A DNA stretch of 64,000 nucleotides from Burkholderiales bacterium (GTDB lineage: Bacteria; Pseudomonadota; Gammaproteobacteria; Burkholderiales; Burkholderiaceae_C), in assembly GCA_027484405.1 (NCBI GenBank), contig JAIXTA010000139.1, positions 3,930-67,929 of the forward strand, written 5' to 3'. Positions 10,125 through 19,939 of this stretch are shown piece by piece. A program made the position numbers and the translations under genes. Under the pieces are notes generated by a model that saw only the letters and a program-made list of their open reading frames with translations, ran no database searches and was not told the origin of the DNA. How positions within the stretch are numbered: position 1 is the first letter of the stretch; each line of letters opens with the position of its first letter.

Positions 10125-11401
10125 CGTTCAATGGCTCCGGAAGAGGCAAGGGGAAGGATCATGCTGACGACTGCGCCACCAGCCGCGTGATTGCGCGCAA
10201 GGAGTTGACCACCCAGCGACTCCAGGGCAGTACTGGCGAGAAACAGACCCAGCCCGCGGCCGCCCACGCGCTCGCTGACCAGCGGCTCGGCAAAGTGCGA
10301 GAGGGCCTCCGCCGAGAAGCCCGGACCATCATCATGCACGGCGATGACGGCCGTGTCCCGATGAAGGCTGATCTTGACCTCGATCTGCGAGCGCGCCAGG
10401 GCGCGCGCGTTGTCGAGAATGGTGACCAGCGCCTGCGTAAACAGCGGCTCGGCTGCAATTCGCGCCCTTCCGGCACCTGAATCGAGCGCGATGCGGCGCG
10501 CCGGAAACAAGAGCTGGTAGTCGGTCACTACCTGTTCAGCCCACACGCTGACGTCAAGCGGCGCGACCGCAGCGCCATTCATGGCGCCCCCCGCCGTGTC
10601 CGTCAGGCGAGCAAGGATGGACTTGCAGCGTGCCAGCTGCGCGGCAAGCAGCTCAATGTCCTCCCGGTCAGTGGCGGTGGTCAGTCTGCTTCTGAGCTCC
10701 TCGACAAGCAGGCTCATGGTCTGCAATGGCGTGCCCAGTTCATGCGCAGCACCCGCAGCCAGCGCGCCCAGTGCAATGACGCGCTCGCGTTGCAGCAAGG
10801 ACTCCCGCGTGCTGGCCAGCTTGGTCGCGCGCGCCCTTACCGCTCCGGAAAGTTCGATCAGAAAGCCGGTGACCATGGCCAGGCAGAGAACCAGCGCAAC
10901 CAGCACGCCCAGGCGCTGCCAGAACGCCACATCGAGCCCGGCCGGCCACTCCATGGGCACGGCAAACATCGCGTTGAACAACAGGCCGAGCAGGCCGAGC
11001 ACGGTGATCATGATCGCACCTGAGCCCTCGAGCAGCACTGCAGCAACGGCAACGACGAGACAGTAGAAGAGCACAAAGGGATTGGAGAGGCCGTCCGAGA
11101 ACATCAGCTGCAGCGTCAAGGCCGCCACATCGATCGACAGTTGCGCGGCCAGCTCGTGCTGGGTGATCGGGCGACGGCTCGGTGCCGTCCGCAGACGCCA
11201 GAAGGTGTACAGGTTGGCAAGTGCCAGCATGCCCCATGCGATGGCCATGGGCGGCCACTGCAGTTTCACACCCAGCAGGAACATCGCACCGAGTACGGCA
11301 CCGGCCTGTCCGGCGAGCGCGAAGCAGCGCAGGATGAAAATCATCCGCAGCGCTTCTCGCGCCTGCGTGAGTGAGGCAGTGATGTTGAGCGGGCTGCGCA
11401 T
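10121..11401 (-). CDS. regB: RegB/PrrB-family membrane sensor kinase
   Basis: Multi-TM N-terminus with xGLSNPF, H-box AAGAAHELGTPL, conserved RC(K)SIL Cys, DDGPGF, GRGLGL. 4-bp overlap with regA. Confidence 0.9.
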   Translation of the reverse strand: MRSPLNITASLTQAREALRMIFILRCFALAGQAGAVLGAMFLLGVKLQWPPMAIAWGMLALANLYTFWRLRTAPSRRPITQHELAAQLSIDVAALTLQLMFSDGLSNPFVLFYCLVVAVAAVLLEGSGAIMITVLGLLGLLFNAMFAVPMEWPAGLDVAFWQRLGVLVALVLCLAMVTGFLIELSGAVRARATKLASTRESLLQRERVIALGALAAGAAHELGTPLQTMSLLVEELRSRLTTATDREDIELLAAQLARCKSILARLTDTAGGAMNGAAVAPLDVSVWAEQVVTDYQLLFPARRIALDSGAGRARIAAEPLFTQALVTILDNARALARSQIEVKISLHRDTAVIAVHDDGPGFSAEALSHFAEPLVSERVGGRGLGLFLASTALESLGGQLLARNHAAGGAVVSMILPLASSGAIER

Positions 11402-11489
11402 GAGCCATGCATTGTGGCAGCCAGACTGCCATGACGTGGCAAGCGCGCCGCGGCAGGCCGGCGCAGGGTCAACCCGCAGACTGTGCGAC

Positions 11490-12128
11490 TCAGTGCAGGC
11501 GCGGCGGGGCGTTCAGCAACTGGCGCAGGCGCACGCGATCTGCGGCAAATCGCTCGTTGACACGGCGGATGTCCTCGATCTTGTTGCCGATATTGCGCTG
11601 CTCGGCTTCGATGCCTGCCTGGAGCTCGGTGATCTTTGAACGCAACGCTGCAGGCCAGACCTTGCCTTCGTAGAACTCCCCTTCCTTGCGCACAGCAGTC
11701 AGGGCTTTCATGAACTCGTCGATGCGTGCGCGAGACGCCTTCAGTGCCTCGACCGGCACTTCCAGCGCACGGATGTAGGCCTGGTCAAGCTCGGCTTCAG
11801 TCTTGTAGGTCGATACAAGCATCAAGTCGCGGCGCCGTTCGTCCTGGCGGCGCAGCTCAGCGGCCTTCTCCGCCGCCTGTCTCTGCTCGAGCTCGGCGCG
11901 CTGCTCCTTCGTGAGCGGCGCCGGGATGACCTTGCGCACCGATCCGTCGGCATTGAGGATGCGCTGCTCGCGCGCCAAGCACTCCGGGATGGGGCGATCC
12001 GAGGTGAGTGTGCGCCCCTTGTCGTCCTTGCAGGTGTGGATTTCACGCGCCGGCGCAGAGAGCTGGGCCTGGGCCGCCAAGCTCAAAGTGAGCAAGCTTG
12101 CAACGACAAGTGCACGACCGTTCGCCAT
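11490..12128 (-). CDS. DUF4124-domain secreted protein
   Basis: Signal peptide; IHTCKDDKGRTLTSDRPIPEC; coiled-coil tail; lies 10 bp downstream of pyrE. Confidence 0.75.
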   Translation of the reverse strand: MANGRALVVASLLTLSLAAQAQLSAPAREIHTCKDDKGRTLTSDRPIPECLAREQRILNADGSVRKVIPAPLTKEQRAELEQRQAAEKAAELRRQDERRRDLMLVSTYKTEAELDQAYIRALEVPVEALKASRARIDEFMKALTAVRKEGEFYEGKVWPAALRSKITELQAGIEAEQRNIGNKIEDIRRVNERFAADRVRLRQLLNAPPRLH

Positions 12129-12138
12129 ATCCCGGGCC

Positions 12139-12804
12139 TCAGATGCCGTAACGCGTGCGATAGGCCTGGACGGCAGGCAGGTAGGCCTGCAGCTCCGGCG
12201 CAGCCGATGAGGTAGAGAGGAAGCCCATGAGATCGTCGAGCGTGGCCACCGCGATGACCGGAACACCTGTTTCGGCGGAAAACTGCTGCACCGCCGACGC
12301 AGATTGCAGCGCGCCATCCGGCCCGGGCCGCTCCATGCGGTCCAGCGCGATCAGGACGGCTGCGGGTTCTGCGCCAGCGGCCCGAATCATGGCGACACTT
12401 TCCCGCTTGGCGGCTCCGTCGGTGATCACGTCGTCCACGATGACGACGCGTCCCTTCAAGGGCGCACCGACCATGAGCCCGCCCTCGCCGTGGTCCTTGG
12501 CTTCCTTTCGGTTGAAGCAGAAGGGCACCTCGCGTCCGCGCCCGGCCAGCGCCATGGCGGTACCCGCAGCGAGCGTGATGCCCTTGTAGGCTGGGCCGAA
12601 GAGCATGTCGAAATGCACGCCGCTGGCCAGCAGCGCCTGCGCGTAGAAGTCCGACAGGCGCGCCATCCTTGCGCCCGAGTCGAACAATCCGGAGTTGAAG
12701 AAATACGGCGACAGGCGCCCGGACTTGGTCGTGAACTCGCCGAATCGCAACACGCCGACATCCAGGGCGAAGGCGACGAACTGCGCCCGAAAATTGTCAT
12801 TCAT
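12139..12804 (-). CDS. pyrE: Orotate phosphoribosyltransferase
   Basis: [47 protein letters not shown]. Confidence 0.97.
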   Translation of the reverse strand: MNDNFRAQFVAFALDVGVLRFGEFTTKSGRLSPYFFNSGLFDSGARMARLSDFYAQALLASGVHFDMLFGPAYKGITLAAGTAMALAGRGREVPFCFNRKEAKDHGEGGLMVGAPLKGRVVIVDDVITDGAAKRESVAMIRAAGAEPAAVLIALDRMERPGPDGALQSASAVQQFSAETGVPVIAVATLDDLMGFLSTSSAAPELQAYLPAVQAYRTRYGI

Positions 12805-12951
12805 GAACAGCTCTTGTCCGCGGGATCGTGGTTAGGTTGACATTCCCGCACATTCCTCGTTGTTCTGCAACCCGCGTGCCAGCACGCATAACGCTGGACG
12901 TTGTCCGATGCGCCCCGGACAATCGCGATCTTCGGCCTTTTCGCACACTTC

Positions 12952-15285
12952 ATGAGCCAATCCGACCCCAGATTTCCGGATCGCCTTTACCGCCTGGCCA
13001 TCGAGGGTCTGGGGGACGGGCTGTGGTGCTGGACGGTCGGGACCGGCAAGGTGGAGTACAGCGAGTCCTACGGCCGCCTGCTCGGCTATACGGACGCCGA
13101 GCAGTTCCGCCAGGAGTTCGAGTTCGAGCGCGCGATCCATCCGGAGGATCACCACGCCCTGATCGATGCCATCCGAGGCAGCGTGCATGGCAAGGGGCCG
13201 GTCAATGCCGAATTCCGGCTGCGCAGCCGTGATGGCAGCTACCACTGGTACATGGGGCGCGGTCACACCCTGCCGCCGGACGAGACCTGTGCCGTACCCC
13301 GGTTCCTGGGTGTCATCAAGAACATCGACGCCCGCAAGCAGGCCGAGCTGGCCCTGCGCGCCAGCGAGGCGCGCTGGATGCTGATGGACGACACCGATGA
13401 CGAGGCCAGCTGGAGCTGGGACGCCGAATCCGGCCGCCGGGTGTTCAGCGAAACGTGGTACCGGATGATGGGTTACGCCCCGGGCTCGATGGACGGAGAC
13501 CTGTACAAGACCTATGACCTGGTCCACCCCGACGACCGGGAACGCGTGACCGAACGGGGTCTGGCGGTGCAGGGCGGCGCGCGCCCACCCGGGCTCGTCG
13601 AGACCCGCGTCCGTCACGCCGATGGCAGCTACCGCTGGATCGCGGCACGCAGTCGGACGATCGAGCGCGACGCTGACGGCAAACCCCTGCGGATGGTCGG
13701 TGTGCACCGGGATGTCACCACCTTCCGACAGACCGAAGACCGGCTCGCGGCCGCGCTGGTGCGACTGAACATGGCCGTGGAGGCTGCCGGCCTGGGCGTC
13801 TGGGAAGTCGACTACCTGTCCCAGACCTCCCATTGGGACGCACGCACGCAGGAGATCTACGGCGCGGACGAGGAAAGCTATCCCCGACGCATGGACGAGT
13901 GGGTCCAGCACGTGCATGAGGAAGACATCGCGCGGCTGAGCGACACCATCAAGCGGGCACGCGCCGAGCCCGACCGCCCGGGGTACGAGGTGGACTTCCG
14001 CATCCTCAACCGCAAGCAGGAGCTGCGCTGGGTGCGCCTGTTCGTGCGATTCCGACGCAATGCCGCCGGTGAAGCCATCGGTGCCTATGGCGTGGCCATG
14101 GACACCACCGAGTTGCGCCGCCTGCGCGACAACGAGGAAGAGCGCCTGCGCCTGCTGGCCACGAGCCAGGCCAAGACCGATCTGCTCGCACGGGTGAGCC
14201 ACGAGCTGCGCACCCCGCTCAACGCCATGCTGGGCATGGCCCAGATCCTCCAGGAGCAGCTGGGCACGCGGCTCACGCCGCAGCAGTTCGAATACATCGA
14301 GCACCTGCAGACGGCCGGCTGGCACCTCACCTCGCTGGTCGATGATCTGCGGGACATCGCCGGCATCGAGCAAGGCCAGGCCCGAGTCAGCCTGCGCCCG
14401 GTCGCCCTGACGGACGCGATTGCGGAACTGGGCATGCTGCAGGGCGCCGCACGCAAGGCCGGCCTGCAGCTGCAGCTGCCGGCCGCCACGAGCATTGACG
14501 GCCTGTCGGTCCAGGCTGATCCGCGGCGCCTGCGGCAGATCCTTCTGAACCTGTTGTCGAATTCGCTGAAGTACACCCCGACGGGCGGACGGGTCGAGCT
14601 GGCCGTGGACGGCCCGGACGAAGCCGGCATGATCCACATGACCGTGATCGACAACGGCCCGGGCATGACCGCCGACCAGCTGGCAGGCGCGTTCGAGCCC
14701 TTCAATCGCCTCGGCATGGAGTCCAGCAGCATTCCGGGTGCGGGCCTCGGCCTGCCGCTTGCCCGTACCCTTGCCAGCGAGATGGGCGGAGATCTGCTCG
14801 CCGAAAGCCAGCCCGGCCAGGGCAGCCGCTTCAGCCTGATCCTCGCCGCGACGGTGCCTGAGCGCAGCACCGGGCTGCCCGACCGCGCCATCCACGCGCG
14901 GCTCATGCAGCCGGGCTGGCAGAGCGCCCTGCTGGTCGAGGACAACAGCGTCAACCAGATCGTCATCAGCGAACTGCTGCGCCTGTGTGGCGTGCAGACC
15001 GTGCTGACTGCCGCAAGCGGGGCCCAGGCGCTGGCGCTCCTCAAGGAGCAGACGGTGGACATTGCGCTGCTGGACATGAACCTGCCCGACATGACCGGGC
15101 TCGACGTGCTCGTGGCGATCCGGGCCGACGAACGCCACGCGCACCTGCCCAGCCTCATGATCACCGCCGATGCGGCACCGGCGCTGCGCGAACACGCGCT
15201 GCGCAAGGGCGTTTCAGGCTTTCTGACCAAGCCCGTGGCCCTCGATGCACTCAAGACCGAGCTGCTGCGCCTGCGCACGCAGTGA
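12952..15285 (+). CDS. Soluble hybrid histidine kinase (three PAS/PAC, HisKA, HATPase, REC)
   Basis: Three PAS-like repeats (HPEDH, HPDDR, HEEDI), VSHELRTPLN, DNGPGM, GAGLGL, C-terminal REC (LLDMNLP...TKP). No TM helix. Start could also be the TTG/GTG-type 12901. Confidence 0.9.
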   Translation: MSQSDPRFPDRLYRLAIEGLGDGLWCWTVGTGKVEYSESYGRLLGYTDAEQFRQEFEFERAIHPEDHHALIDAIRGSVHGKGPVNAEFRLRSRDGSYHWYMGRGHTLPPDETCAVPRFLGVIKNIDARKQAELALRASEARWMLMDDTDDEASWSWDAESGRRVFSETWYRMMGYAPGSMDGDLYKTYDLVHPDDRERVTERGLAVQGGARPPGLVETRVRHADGSYRWIAARSRTIERDADGKPLRMVGVHRDVTTFRQTEDRLAAALVRLNMAVEAAGLGVWEVDYLSQTSHWDARTQEIYGADEESYPRRMDEWVQHVHEEDIARLSDTIKRARAEPDRPGYEVDFRILNRKQELRWVRLFVRFRRNAAGEAIGAYGVAMDTTELRRLRDNEEERLRLLATSQAKTDLLARVSHELRTPLNAMLGMAQILQEQLGTRLTPQQFEYIEHLQTAGWHLTSLVDDLRDIAGIEQGQARVSLRPVALTDAIAELGMLQGAARKAGLQLQLPAATSIDGLSVQADPRRLRQILLNLLSNSLKYTPTGGRVELAVDGPDEAGMIHMTVIDNGPGMTADQLAGAFEPFNRLGMESSSIPGAGLGLPLARTLASEMGGDLLAESQPGQGSRFSLILAATVPERSTGLPDRAIHARLMQPGWQSALLVEDNSVNQIVISELLRLCGVQTVLTAASGAQALALLKEQTVDIALLDMNLPDMTGLDVLVAIRADERHAHLPSLMITADAAPALREHALRKGVSGFLTKPVALDALKTELLRLRTQ

Positions 15286-15318
15286 GTCGGCGCCCGCCGG
15301 CCGGGCTACAGTGCCGCC

Positions 15319-16092
15319 ATGCGCATCATCACACTGAACCTCAACGGCATCCGCTCGGCGGCGAACAAGGGCTTCATCGACTGGCTCGCGGCCAGCAACG
15401 CCGACGTGCTCTGCGTGCAGGAGGTCAAGGCCCAGGCCGACGTGCTCAACGAAGCCCTCGCAAGGCCGGCCGGGTACCACGGCTATTTCCACTTCGCGCA
15501 GAAGCCCGGCTACTCCGGCTGTGCGGTGTTCACCCGGGAGCAGCCAGACTTCACCCAGCAGGGCTATGGCAGCGCCGAATTCGACGCCGAAGGCCGCTAC
15601 GTGCGCTGCGACTTCGGCAGGCTCACCGTGATCAGCGTGTACTTCCCGAGCGGCTCCTCGAGCGAGGAGCGGCAGCAGGCCAAGTTCCGCTTCCTCGCTG
15701 AGTTTGCGCCGCACATGGCGGCGCTCAAGGCCAGCGGACGCGAGGTGATTCTGTGCGGCGACGTGAACATCGCCCACAAGGAAATCGACCTGAAGAACTG
15801 GAAGGGCAACCAGAAGAACTCCGGCTTCCTGCCCGAGGAGCGGGCCTGGATGACCGAGCGCATCGAGCGCGAAGGCTGGCGCGACGTGCACCGCGAGCTG
15901 CTCGGCGAGCAGGTCGCCTACACCTGGTGGAGCCAGCGGGGCGCGGCCTACGAGAAGGACGTCGGCTGGCGGCTGGACTACCACCTGGCCACCGACGCGC
16001 TGGCCGACACCGCACACCGTGCGGAGGTCTACAAGGCGCAGAAGTTCAGCGACCATGCACCGCTGGTGATCGACTACGATTTTCGGCCCTGA
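15319..16092 (+). CDS. xth: Exodeoxyribonuclease III (AP endonuclease)
   Basis: NLNGIRSA, QEVK, YFPSG, GDVNIAH, GWRLDY, SDHAP; catalytic residues intact. Confidence 0.93.
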   Translation: MRIITLNLNGIRSAANKGFIDWLAASNADVLCVQEVKAQADVLNEALARPAGYHGYFHFAQKPGYSGCAVFTREQPDFTQQGYGSAEFDAEGRYVRCDFGRLTVISVYFPSGSSSEERQQAKFRFLAEFAPHMAALKASGREVILCGDVNIAHKEIDLKNWKGNQKNSGFLPEERAWMTERIEREGWRDVHRELLGEQVAYTWWSQRGAAYEKDVGWRLDYHLATDALADTAHRAEVYKAQKFSDHAPLVIDYDFRP

Positions 16093-16100
16093 GCTTCATT

Positions 16101-16212
16101 TTTTGGCCGAAAAAGATTTAAGTTCATGAAGCGATTCGACCAAAGCGCTTGAAGAACCGCATCAGACAAGCGGGAGCGCATCTTGTCGCGAAGCGATGAT
16201 TTTTGGCCGATT
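16101..16212. repeat. REP-like AT-rich intergenic element bounded by TTTTGGCCGA direct repeats
   Basis: TTTTGGCCGA at 16101 and 16201; core CCGCATCAGACAAGCGG (16157-16173) matches the copies at 19895 and 46739. Confidence 0.65.
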
Positions 16213-16553
16213 GTGTCGTTTTTGTTGAACTGACCGGCTTGCGTCACGTTTTTTCAAGGCTCATCTGCACTTGCCGGCCTACAATCGCGGCACGCAATCA
16301 GCCTTCAGTCGTTGATTGCCGCGCATTCTGCGCCGGCGTCGGCACCGTTCGACACCACCGATTCCCCAGCGCCGGGGAAGGACTGCAGCGCCGCCGGGTT
16401 CGTCCCGCCGCTCGCAGCCTCCGATCCTTCAAGCGCCCAAGATCGACAACCCCGATCTCCGCCTGTGACTGACCTTCTCCGGAAGGCAGGACGATCAAAT
16501 CAGCCCCGCTTTGCGTCTTCACGCCGGCACCGGGCTGCAAGAAAGAACTCCAC

Positions 16554-18410
16554 ATGTCATTCAAAGACCTCGGTTTGGCCGAGCCGATCCTGCGTGCCAT
16601 CGCCGCCAAGGGATACGAAAACCCCACCCCCATCCAGGCCCAGGCCATTCCCGCAGTGCTGTCCGAAGGCGACGTGCTCGCCGCCGCGCAGACCGGCACC
16701 GGCAAGACCGCCGGCTTCACCTTGCCCATGCTGCACCTGCTCGAGCAGCGCCGCGCCGCGCGCAAGCCGGCCAGCCCGATCGACGAAGTCGTCGCCAAGG
16801 GCAGCAAGGGCGCGCGCTTTCCGATCCGTGCCCTGATCCTCACCCCCACGCGCGAGCTGGCCGCCCAGGTGGCCGAGAGCGTCACCACCTACGGCGCGAA
16901 CCTGCCGCTGAAGTCGGCCGTGGTGTTCGGCGGCGTGGGCATCAACCCGCAGATCGACAAGCTGCGCCGCGGCGTGGACATCCTGATCGCCACGCCCGGC
17001 CGCCTGCTGGATCTCGTCAACCAGCGCGCCTGCGACCTGTCGCAGGTGGAGCTGCTGGTGCTCGACGAAGCCGACCGCATGCTCGACATGGGTTTCATCC
17101 CGGACGTGCGCCGGATCCTGAAGCTGCTGCCCGAGAAGATCGACGGCCGCCGCCGCCAGAACCTGCTGTTCTCGGCCACCTTCAGCCCCGAGATCAAGAG
17201 CCTGGCCGGCACCTTCCTGCACGAGCCGCAGACCATCGAGGTCTCGCGCAACACCACGGCCACCCTGGTCACGCACACCGTGCACCCGGTGACCAAGGAC
17301 GCCAAGCGCCAGATGCTCAGCCATCTGATCAAGATGCACAGCTGGTTCCAGGTGCTGGTGTTCACGCGCATGAAGCACGGCGCCGACCGCCTCGTGAAGG
17401 CCCTGGCCGAAGACGGCATCGAAGCCATGGCCCTGCACGGCAACAAGAGCCAGAACCAGCGCACCCGCGCGCTGGCCGCCTTCAAGAGCGGCGAGCTGCA
17501 GGTCCTGGTGGCGACCGACATCGCCGCGCGCGGCATCGACATCGCCGAGCTGCCCGTGGTCATCAACTACGACCTGCCGCAGGTGGCCGAGGACTACGTG
17601 CACCGCATCGGCCGCACCGGCCGTGCCGGTAGCGAAGGCCTGGCCGTGTCGCTGGTGGAGCCCGAGGACGGCGCCATGCTGCGCGAGATCGAACGCCTGA
17701 TCAATCAGCCAATTCCGCGTGCCGCGGTTGAGGGATTTGAAGCGCCGGAACTGCCCGCCAACGGCCGACCGCCGGCCCGCGAGCAGCGTGGCCGTGGCGC
17801 ACCGCGCCAGCAGCGCGAAGCACGCGAAGCACGCGAACCCCGCGCCCCGCGTGAAGCCCGTGCCCCCAAGGCACCGCGTGGCGACGGTGCAGGCCAAGCG
17901 CCGCGCCCGCGCAGCGAGCCCCGCCGCCCCCGCCAGCCTGACACCGGCACGCCCGTGGCGGATTGGCGTGATACCCGCGAGCAAGTCGCCGCCCCCCAGC
18001 CGCCGCGCAACGACGGCGCGCAGGGCGAGCCCACCCGCAGCGAACGCGGCGCCCGCCCCGAGCGCAACCAAGATGCCGGGCGCGGCCCGCGTGGCGATCG
18101 TCCCGCCCGCGGCCCGAAGCAGGGCCAGGGCGGTGCGCAGAACAAGGCACCGCGCACCGAACGCCAGCCCGGCGAGAACGCCTGGCAACCGAAGGTGGGC
18201 GACACACGCAAGCGCGGCAAGCCCGAAGAAATCGGCACCTCCACAGCCACCGGCTTCGTGGTGGGCACCGGCTTTGGCAGCACCCGCGGCACCGACAACG
18301 GCGGCGGCGGACGCGGCCGGGGCGGCAGCTGGGGCGGCGGCCGCCGCGACGAACGCCGCGAATCCTCCGGCAACCACTGGGCGGACCGCGCAGGCTTCAA
18401 GCGCGCCTGA
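16554..18410 (+). CDS. rhlE: DEAD-box RNA helicase, RhlE-like, with long disordered C-terminus
   Basis: [39 protein letters not shown]; about 200-aa R/P/G-rich tail. Confidence 0.9.
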   Translation: MSFKDLGLAEPILRAIAAKGYENPTPIQAQAIPAVLSEGDVLAAAQTGTGKTAGFTLPMLHLLEQRRAARKPASPIDEVVAKGSKGARFPIRALILTPTRELAAQVAESVTTYGANLPLKSAVVFGGVGINPQIDKLRRGVDILIATPGRLLDLVNQRACDLSQVELLVLDEADRMLDMGFIPDVRRILKLLPEKIDGRRRQNLLFSATFSPEIKSLAGTFLHEPQTIEVSRNTTATLVTHTVHPVTKDAKRQMLSHLIKMHSWFQVLVFTRMKHGADRLVKALAEDGIEAMALHGNKSQNQRTRALAAFKSGELQVLVATDIAARGIDIAELPVVINYDLPQVAEDYVHRIGRTGRAGSEGLAVSLVEPEDGAMLREIERLINQPIPRAAVEGFEAPELPANGRPPAREQRGRGAPRQQREAREAREPRAPREARAPKAPRGDGAGQAPRPRSEPRRPRQPDTGTPVADWRDTREQVAAPQPPRNDGAQGEPTRSERGARPERNQDAGRGPRGDRPARGPKQGQGGAQNKAPRTERQPGENAWQPKVGDTRKRGKPEEIGTSTATGFVVGTGFGSTRGTDNGGGGRGRGGSWGGGRRDERRESSGNHWADRAGFKRA

Positions 18411-18443
18411 TCAGACACCGCTGCCGAGACCGCACCACCGACG

Positions 18444-18797
18444 ATGCTGGACGACGTGGACCTCGGCAGTGCGCTGCGCACGCTCGGCCTGTTCACCGTC
18501 ACCGCATTGGCGGAGATCCTCGGCTGCTACCTGCCCTGGCTCTGGCTCAAGAAAAACGGCAGTGTCTGGCTGCTGCTGCCGGCAGCGGCCAGCCTGGCGC
18601 TCTTCGTCTGGCTGCTCACCCTGCACCCGCAGGCCTCGGGCCGCGTGTATGCCGCGTATGGCGGCGTCTATGTCTGCGTGGCGATGGTGTGGCTGTGGGC
18701 CGTGGACGCCATCAAGCCCGCACCCACCGACTGGATCGGCATGGGGCTGTGCCTGGCGGGCATGGCGGTGATCATGTTTGCGCCACGGTCGGCGTGA
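18444..18797 (+). CDS. ynfA: YnfA/UPF0060 small membrane protein
   Basis: [21 protein letters not shown], four TM segments. Confidence 0.9.
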   Translation: MLDDVDLGSALRTLGLFTVTALAEILGCYLPWLWLKKNGSVWLLLPAAASLALFVWLLTLHPQASGRVYAAYGGVYVCVAMVWLWAVDAIKPAPTDWIGMGLCLAGMAVIMFAPRSA

Positions 18798-18828
18798 GCC
18801 GGCCGGCGCATCCACGCACGATCACCGT

Positions 18829-19281
18829 CTAGGGTTGAGCCGCCGGGTTTGACGATCCGGCTTCCGGTGAGGTCTTGTACCGGCGATGCCAAACGAAGCT
18901 CGCGCGCATGGCCGTGAAGTAGAAGAGAAAGAACACAATCGCAAGCAGCAGGCCTTTCGGCGTACCCGCCTCGTACCAGGTGCTTGCCTTGGAATAGACG
19001 AAGTAGACGAACGTGAGGGTGGCGGCCGTGCGGCTCTTGCGGAAGATGAAGAACGCGAGCACCAGCAGGATCGCAACGTCCACAAACAGCCAGGGATTCA
19101 GATACATCCGCATGCTCGGATCGTCCGAGGTCGTGAACAGGCCGATCGAGGCAAAGACGGCCGTGAGGCCGGCCGAGATCAGCGCAGCAATGCCGCCATT
19201 GCGGATGGCCTTCTCGCAGGACGCCTGATCATCGAAAGTGAACGCGGAGAACAAGCCCATCCGCAACTTGGGTTCTGCCAT
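18829..19281 (-). CDS. Hypothetical membrane protein (3-4 TM)
   Basis: SD GGAGG before MAEPK; hydrophobic segments; no family recognised. Confidence 0.65.
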   Translation of the reverse strand: MAEPKLRMGLFSAFTFDDQASCEKAIRNGGIAALISAGLTAVFASIGLFTTSDDPSMRMYLNPWLFVDVAILLVLAFFIFRKSRTAATLTFVYFVYSKASTWYEAGTPKGLLLAIVFFLFYFTAMRASFVWHRRYKTSPEAGSSNPAAQP

Positions 19282-19390
19282 TTTTTCCTCCCATTGACAC
19301 CTGATCGAGCAGGCGCCGGCGGATTGTGGGCGGCGATCTGTCGGCTTGTCATGCGCAGCGGCGTCTGCGGGTGTCGCTCGTCGCTGATCC

Positions 19391-19405
19391 GCGACAAAGT
19401 GCGCC
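19391..19405. promoter_or_regulatory. Possible RegA/RegR-type binding site upstream of the DUF2946 gene
   Basis: GCGACAAAGTGCGCC; its reverse complement GGCGCACTTTGTCGC resembles the RegR box (GNGRCRTTNNGNCGC, recalled). Lies just upstream of a -10-like TAAACT. Confidence 0.3.
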
Positions 19406-19431
19406 AACGCGCTGCGCCTAAACTACGGCAC

Positions 19432-19788
19432 ATGTTTCGCCGTTGGCTGATCCCCCTTCTCGCCCTGGTGCTGGCCACAGCGCCCATGGTGTCGCTCGCC
19501 GCCAAGGCGCAGCGCGGGACGATGCTGCAGGAGCTCTGCGCCCCCTCGGGCGCCAAGATCCTGATTGCGGTGGATCTGGGCATCCAGGCGCCGGACGCCT
19601 CGCACGACCAGCACGACTGCTGCGGTGCCTGCGGCCCGGCCGGTACACCCGGCTTGGCGGCCGATCTTGCGGCGCTGCCGCTGCCGGTGGGTGCCGATGC
19701 CACCCGCTACCCGCTTGAATCTCCCGTCTGGGGTGCCACGGCGCGCTTGAGCGACGCCGCGCCGCGCGCCCCGCCCCTCTCCCTCTGA
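19432..19788 (+). CDS. DUF2946-family protein, CruR-like upstream ORF
   Basis: N-terminal hydrophobic segment, ELCAPSG, HDQHDCCGAC (CxxC), C-terminal RAPP; directly upstream of a TonB-dependent receptor. Confidence 0.85.
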   Translation: MFRRWLIPLLALVLATAPMVSLAAKAQRGTMLQELCAPSGAKILIAVDLGIQAPDASHDQHDCCGACGPAGTPGLAADLAALPLPVGADATRYPLESPVWGATARLSDAAPRAPPLSL

Positions 19789-19853
19789 ACCTGCGCTGAA
19801 CCCGTGCCTTCGCCGCCTGTGCGAGGCGCACGCCCGCATTTTCGCGGCTAGAC

Positions 19854-19923
19854 CCAGTATTCATGCGCCTTTCCAAGCCAAAGTGGCTGGAAAGCCGCAT
19901 GGGACAAGCGGAAAGCCGCTTTC
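19854..19923. repeat. REP-like palindromic element, copy A
   Basis: Its reverse complement aligns with 46727-46796 with about 10 mismatches in 70 nt; internal hairpin around GCCA-AAG-TGGC. Confidence 0.8.
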
Positions 19924-19939
19924 AGAGTGATTTCCCGTG

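Noticed and set aside
1240-12800. Horizontally acquired island, suggested by visibly less GC3-biased codons
   Set aside because: The difference was not quantified, the region includes core genes (regBA, pyrE), and no flanking repeats, tRNA or integrase were seen.
12832-15195. Long antisense or alternative-frame ORFs (for example 12832-15195, 16557-18377, 30710-32257, 36635-38383, 38473-40536, 56421-58307)
   Set aside because: They shadow well-supported genes, as expected from stop-codon scarcity in high-GC DNA, and contain no recognisable motifs.
15319-16092. Crc catabolite-repression protein, suggested by pyrE proximity
   Set aside because: The catalytic GDVN and SDH motifs are intact, which indicates active ExoIII.
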